From positions 1 through 39,871 of the forward strand of contig JBBCAX010000401.1 of NCBI GenBank assembly GCA_051382335.1: a stretch of DNA of 39,871 nt, given 5' to 3'. Source of the stretch: Deltaproteobacteria bacterium TL4. GTDB taxonomy: Bacteria > SAR324 > NAC60-12. Made by a program: the position numbers and the translations under genes. Shown piece after piece: positions 35,036-39,871 of the stretch. Within the stretch, counting starts at the first letter, position 1. Each line of letters opens with the position of its first letter. The notes under the pieces were generated by a model. That model was not told where the DNA came from. It saw only the letters and a list, made by a program, of their open reading frames with translations, and made no database searches.

Positions 35036-37867
35036 TCAGGATTTTGCTTTAACGGCAACATTGGCAGGTAGCGTGAGTACAAATTCAACAGGAACATATT
35101 CCGCATCAGGGTTTACGCCCTTCAAAACATTAATACTTACACTTCCGTGTTCACTTTCGAAAAACTTCTTAACGGCATCCATTCCCACACCACGCCCAGA
35201 AACTTCTGTTACTTTTTCCGCTGTAGAAAGTCCAGAGTGGAAAATCAATTGTGCTACTTCTTCATGAGAGAGTTTATCCGTTTTTGAGATGAGCCCATTG
35301 GCAATGGCTTTTTCTTTGATTTTTGAGATCGCCAAACCGCGACCATCGTCTTTATATCTGAAGGTGAGATGCTTTTCATCCAAGCTCACGGTGAGCATAA
35401 TAGTACTTGCCGGGGCTTTCCCGGTTGCTGTCCGTTCTTTAGGTGTTTCAACGCCATGATCCATGGAATTTCTGAAAATGTGCATGAACGAGTTACGCAG
35501 CAAACCAAATACCTGGTTTTTGATCGAAACATTATCATCAACAATCTTAATCTCCGGAGCTTCTTTGTCCAATTCCTGGGCCAACGCAGGGACGGATTCA
35601 ATAACGCCAGAAATAATATTTCCAATTTTTTCAGTCCCAATCAGCTTCAACATGTTTTCGACGTCTGCCAAAGCCTCTTTCAGTTTGCTTACATTGTCCA
35701 GTTCAACAGCCCTCAACATGGACAACGCATTTTCAACATTGTCCTTTTCAATCATCAAGAACTTATCCACATTGCCTCGACGTCCTGGACCTTTTCTGCC
35801 GAGTTTATTATCGTTGATCGAAGCGTACTCCAGAATCATTTCAAGCGATTCGTCTAATTGCTGCAGTAGATGTTGCGGATCCCAAACCGCATTAGGATCT
35901 TTTCTCAAGACATCATATTCATGCTCTGTTTCATGCAGACGATTGGTAAGATGAACAAACGCATAGGTTCTGGCGTTCCCTTTGATGGTGTGCATGTTAC
36001 GGAAGAGGGTGCTCAAGATTTCGGGATCTCTTTCTTTAACTTCATTAACAATTTTGCGGTTTTCCTCAATAAATTTTTCTGAACCTATGACAAACTCATG
36101 GAATTTTTCCTGGGAAACTGCCAGGATTTGACCAATAATCTCCAATTCCCGCTTTTGTCCGGCGGCTTCCGCCTGTAATTGTTTCAACTCAGTGACATCC
36201 CGGATACACAGCATCAACTTGTCAATCTCACCCTCATCATTACAAATCGGTGACCAGGACAATTCCAGGGATTTGGTATGTCCCTCAAAGTGTTTTTCAA
36301 TCTCACGTGCCATCATGTGTGTGTTGAACTCAAAGTTCATGGAATCCTGTCCAATACATGCACCAAAGACCGCATCGACCCCTGACACGGCGTCTGCTCC
36401 TAAATTGGTGTTTTTGAAGACAACATCCATGACATCTTTACCTGCGATCTCCTTGGTTTCCAGGATATCCTCAAGGTAGGCGGAGTATTCGTGGTGAATC
36501 TCATTTCCTTCCATAACGGTGAGAATCCCTTCAGGCATATTTTGAAGCATGCTTTGGATATCGTTGGTTTTCTCTCGCAATTGTGCTGTACGTTCCGCAA
36601 CCAAACTCTCCAAGTTCTCGTTCATGTCCCGGACTTCCTTCAAGAGGACTTTGTTTTCCACAAAGGTATTGGCAAAGCGTGTTATGGAAACCCACAACAT
36701 ACAGGCCGTAGCCGCTAAAGCTCCGGCAAAAATCATGGCGGTGGCGTTGATCTTTCCTAGCGCAAGCAGCATATCGTGGATTCCGGCGTACATAAAGAAA
36801 AGAGTACCGGCCAGCAGCGTTCCCGCGCCTGGCTTTTTCAGCAGGACTCCACGTGTTAATTGATAAACCATCAGAAAGGCTAACACCAGACAACTGACAA
36901 AATAGACGACTCTCACAATCTGAAATACTTTCAAGTGTGCTTCAAAATGGGTAAAGGCCAGAACGATGAAGGAACAGGCCATGAGTCCCAGATAGCCTCC
37001 ATAGAACCAGTTAAATTTAGGCGTAAATTTGTAAAAATACTGGGAGAAAATATAGATGAACATGAAGGAATATAAGCCAAAATAGTGCATGTAAAGTAAT
37101 TGTTCAGGCGCGAATACTTTCAGCAGGTTGTCTCCCGGGAAACAATAGAAGGGAAAACCGACAAAACCAACAATGGCGGCAAAAAGATACATCCCATATT
37201 CTGTTTTGATGTAAACCAATAAAAAGAAAAATCCAAAAAACAGAATCACATATCCTGCGATCATCCTGACTTCGCCACCCCAGAATTGAAACCAGGCTAA
37301 CTGAACGTCATGCTGGTCGTACTTTCTCAACTCTAACGGTAATTGATAAATTCCCGTCATTAAAGGCGTGTCCACTTTAATCGCTACGGTGTGACGAATC
37401 TGCTTTACCGTGAACCGAACGGGAACAGGTTGAACCGAGTAGTAGCGTTCCGTATTAATCCTCCCTGGTCTACGGTAGATTTCCTGTTCATCAAGAAAGA
37501 AATTGATTCTTCCCATGTAAGTATCCACCAGGAAAACAACTTCTTGCCCTATCAACTCAGGATTGAATTCCAAAACACCACGGTACCAACCGACGCTATA
37601 GTCTTTTCCATCATTGTAAACTTTTTTCCATGGTCCAGGCGCGTTGACGGTTTTCCACTCGCTGGTATCAATGTTGATCTGGGCATTGGTCTCTGAATCT
37701 TCCCGGGTAAACAACCAGGTTCCTGTGAGACTAAAAGGCTTGTCTAACGACTCAATCCTGAACGGGCAGGCATCACAATCTACACGATCTTCTCCAAAAC
37801 TCTGAGGTACACCAGCAAATGCGAGGCAAAACAGAGAGACGACCAATATTTTTATAACATGTTTCAT
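35036..37867 (-). CDS. Membrane sensor kinase: signal peptide, sugar-binding-like extracellular domain, 7TM (7TMR-DISM-like), PAS-like, Hpt and CheA-type HATPase, without CheW domain
   Basis: LTGTWLF...GWYRG; seven hydrophobic helices; LFRNMHTIKGNAR (Hpt His); HIFRNSMDHGVE, DDGRGL and GLSTAEKVTEVSGRGVGMDAV; the protein ends right after the ATPase. Start 37867 preferred over 37897. Confidence 0.88.
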   Translation of the reverse strand: MKHVIKILVVSLFCLAFAGVPQSFGEDRVDCDACPFRIESLDKPFSLTGTWLFTREDSETNAQINIDTSEWKTVNAPGPWKKVYNDGKDYSVGWYRGVLEFNPELIGQEVVFLVDTYMGRINFFLDEQEIYRRPGRINTERYYSVQPVPVRFTVKQIRHTVAIKVDTPLMTGIYQLPLELRKYDQHDVQLAWFQFWGGEVRMIAGYVILFFGFFFLLVYIKTEYGMYLFAAIVGFVGFPFYCFPGDNLLKVFAPEQLLYMHYFGLYSFMFIYIFSQYFYKFTPKFNWFYGGYLGLMACSFIVLAFTHFEAHLKVFQIVRVVYFVSCLVLAFLMVYQLTRGVLLKKPGAGTLLAGTLFFMYAGIHDMLLALGKINATAMIFAGALAATACMLWVSITRFANTFVENKVLLKEVRDMNENLESLVAERTAQLREKTNDIQSMLQNMPEGILTVMEGNEIHHEYSAYLEDILETKEIAGKDVMDVVFKNTNLGADAVSGVDAVFGACIGQDSMNFEFNTHMMAREIEKHFEGHTKSLELSWSPICNDEGEIDKLMLCIRDVTELKQLQAEAAGQKRELEIIGQILAVSQEKFHEFVIGSEKFIEENRKIVNEVKERDPEILSTLFRNMHTIKGNARTYAFVHLTNRLHETEHEYDVLRKDPNAVWDPQHLLQQLDESLEMILEYASINDNKLGRKGPGRRGNVDKFLMIEKDNVENALSMLRAVELDNVSKLKEALADVENMLKLIGTEKIGNIISGVIESVPALAQELDKEAPEIKIVDDNVSIKNQVFGLLRNSFMHIFRNSMDHGVETPKERTATGKAPASTIMLTVSLDEKHLTFRYKDDGRGLAISKIKEKAIANGLISKTDKLSHEEVAQLIFHSGLSTAEKVTEVSGRGVGMDAVKKFFESEHGSVSINVLKGVNPDAEYVPVEFVLTLPANVAVKAKS

Positions 37868-38162
37868 AACGTACCCATGATTATCTAAAGTTATCAATAT
37901 CCTGAAAAAAACTGGCTCTATTAGAGGCTATTGCATATATTTTTTCCAATGTCTAGGGGAGTTGTTATCTTTTTTAAAAAAATTATAAGGGAACAAAAAT
38001 AAAATTTTTAAGGTCGCAACTTCGCTCGGCATAGTTCTGAATAATCATTAATATTCGGCAAGAAAAATGCAGTTCAACATTTTGCTGCGAGCCATGATCT
38101 TTGGGTTAAAATGACGTGGTCAAAGTGTATCTATCAACAAAATAAGACTCTTAAGAGGAAAA

Positions 38163-38714
38163 ATGAAAAAAATAAAAATTTCAGAAATAGCTCCTGATGT
38201 TTTGAAGCTTCAGGGATTCAGCAGCGGATCATTTGGCGGCTGTCTTTCCCGTGCTTGTGGCAGTGATCAGCAAGGTGGCGCCTGTTGTCATTTGGGTGTT
38301 AATACCGACAAAGAGAGTTACGATTTAATCCTGAAACACAGAAAGCTCGTTGAAGAAGCCATAGAATTAAAATTTGAAGATTGCTTTAATAGCGAATGGA
38401 ATGGGGATCCCGAATTTCTTGGGAGAGGATCCATAGGAACCAGGGTCAGAAAAAAAGACAATTATTGTGTTTTTCATAGCGCAAAAGGCAAAGGTTGTGA
38501 ATTGGTGAGTTTAGTGATCAAAAATAAACTGCCCAGACGGATGATCCCTTCAGCCTGTAGACTCTACCCCATTACCTGGGATAAAGGAAGACTGTTTCTT
38601 TCCAGTCCAATTTTTGAAAATTGTGATTGTCTGAGATCGGACAATCCCTCCAAAAAAACAATTTTTGACACACAAAAAAAAGCGATTGATAATATTTTTG
38701 AGATAATTCAGTAA
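38163..38714 (+). CDS. Cys-rich putative zinc/iron-sulfur-binding protein (YkgJ/DUF3109-like)
   Basis: C-x3-C-x8-CC, YCVF...GCEL, PSACRLYPI and CDC; GAGG RBS. Confidence 0.75.
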   Translation: MKKIKISEIAPDVLKLQGFSSGSFGGCLSRACGSDQQGGACCHLGVNTDKESYDLILKHRKLVEEAIELKFEDCFNSEWNGDPEFLGRGSIGTRVRKKDNYCVFHSAKGKGCELVSLVIKNKLPRRMIPSACRLYPITWDKGRLFLSSPIFENCDCLRSDNPSKKTIFDTQKKAIDNIFEIIQ

Positions 38715-38904
38715 GCATTCCAACTCTGACGTAAACGGACACTGGTAAATATTCTTGGCAAGAGATTGATGAATGTGTCCTATAAAAAAGAGTGATTTTG
38801 ATGAGGGAACCGTCTTTTTGCCAAGAATAAAACTGTGCCGCGCTGCGGTATCCTATCCGCATTGACTGCAGATTACTTTTGACAGGATGCCGGAAACGAA
38901 AAGG

Positions 38905-38929
38905 CGTTCCTACGCAAAGCGTAGGAACG
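38905..38929. repeat. REP-like palindrome (CGTTCCCACGC-N3-GCGTGGGAACG type); may act as a terminator
   Basis: Perfect 11-bp stem CGTTCCTACGC-AAA-GCGTAGGAACG, 17 nt past the stop of the minus-strand ORF. Confidence 0.65.
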
Positions 38930-38946
38930 GGTTGGGAAGATTTTGC

Positions 38947-39768
38947 TTATTTATAAGCGGCGTTTCTAAGGACTAAACAAAGCTCTTTTGGCATTTCAAA
39001 ATCCCCTTCAATCTTTTGTTCTTCAGTGTTATCATCAATCTTTATTTCCTTGGTCATCCCCTCATTATAATACTTTCCCTCATAACGTGCCCAACCTCGG
39101 ATCAGAAATTCATAGGTCTGACCCACCAGCAGTTTTAGCTTGATAGAACTTGAACCATAAGCCGAACCTCCCGACTGTCCAAGACTTAAAGATCCGCCCC
39201 AACGCCACAGGGATCGTTCTCCCTGCTCAGGTTTTTTGCGATAGGTCGTATAGACGCTTCCCCAGTTGAACTGGGTGGGCAAATTTTTACAGTAAGCACG
39301 GAAACTAATGTTAATTTCCTTCATTTTAATCGAACCAAAGGTATCCGCGAAATCCACCTCAAACGCCGCGCAGAGATCAGGCACTGTTCTTTCCAGGATA
39401 ACTTTATTTTCATAGTAAAAAGTCATTGTGGTTTCCAGATTTTGGGGGGCATAGGCAAAGCCATCAAAGGAATCGTCAATCCACAGCGTTTTAGTCCAAC
39501 CCTTCGCTTTCAATTTAACTCGAAGCTGAACCTCAGGCGGCAGATTTTTTATCTTAAATTGAGTATTCTGACAACGCGCACTACGGAAATAATCCAGGTT
39601 AAAATAAGACAAGTGCTTGGTCTTAAAACTCACCTGAAGATCCTGTTTTTCGCCTTCACGTTGGGTTCTACCCGAATTACTGGCAGGAACTACCTGAGCA
39701 ATAACTTCCCCTTCACTTTTCCACTGTCCGGTATCGGTATCATAGGGCTTGGTCGTAAGTTCGGCCAC
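38947..39768 (-). pseudogene. Probable 3' fragment of a larger beta-rich secreted protein, 5'-truncated by an insertion
   Basis: No signal peptide. The first 8 codons (MAELTTKP) are encoded by the repeat at 39745-39768. They are followed by YDTDTGQWKSEG and FKTKHLSYFNLD, which look like internal motifs of large surface proteins. Confidence 0.55.
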
Positions 39769-39871
39769 CCTGTCTAAAAATTAGTAGAAATTGCAACTCA
39801 ATCAGGAGTAGTGTATTAACAATTTTTCAAAAATCATGTTAACCCTCTCACCCGAATGAACCATGCAATCA
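39745..39871 (+). mobile_element. Putative left end of an insertion sequence running off the window
   Basis: GGGCTTGGTCGTAAGTTCGGCC follows a TA, is repeated at 12043-12064 and sits exactly at the truncation point of the preceding gene. An AT-rich stretch and ATGCAATCA at the window end follow. No transposase is visible. Confidence 0.45.

Noticed and set aside
35061..37696. Many overlapping + strand ORFs inside the 7TM kinase gene (and similar ones inside other long genes)
   Set aside because: Antisense or alternate-frame shadows of well-supported genes, with no motifs.
1..39871. CRISPR arrays, tRNA/rRNA, prophage or known anti-phage defence genes
   Set aside because: No regularly spaced repeats, cloverleaf or rRNA signatures, or recognisable phage or defence motifs were seen by eye; a covariance or HMM scan would be needed to exclude them fully.

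Overview
Bacterial chromosomal window, moderately AT-rich, with about 26 supportable protein genes and no rRNA, tRNA or CRISPR array seen. The gene content (TerB-like protein, CheV-Hpt, 7TM-CheA-like kinase, NTT-HEAT-cNMP protein) suggests a deltaproteobacterial-type lineage such as SAR324 or Oligoflexia; this is inference only. Housekeeping and envelope genes: GT2 glycosyltransferase, SPOR protein, cold-shock protein, MltD-like lytic transglycosylase, HAD phosphatase, CbiX-like chelatase, putative porin, quinone oxidoreductase, RecJ, AroB, amidohydrolase and MscS. These are mixed with many signalling genes. The most unusual items are: (i) a two-gene unit of a CYTH-like/CHAD protein and an orphan ParA, a candidate system for positioning polyphosphate granules; (ii) an IspB-like polyprenyl synthase that has lost both DDxxD motifs, co-oriented with a CcsA-like protein lacking the WWD motif; (iii) a 1043-aa membrane sensor with degenerate HisKA and receiver segments and an RsbW-like ATPase output; (iv) a mobile-element graveyard at about 11.65-12.07 kb (144-bp MITE with TTA duplication, group II intron RT remnant, REP half, IS-like end); (v) an IS-like end at 39745 that appears to truncate the last gene. 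All family calls come from motif recognition by eye; no searches were run.
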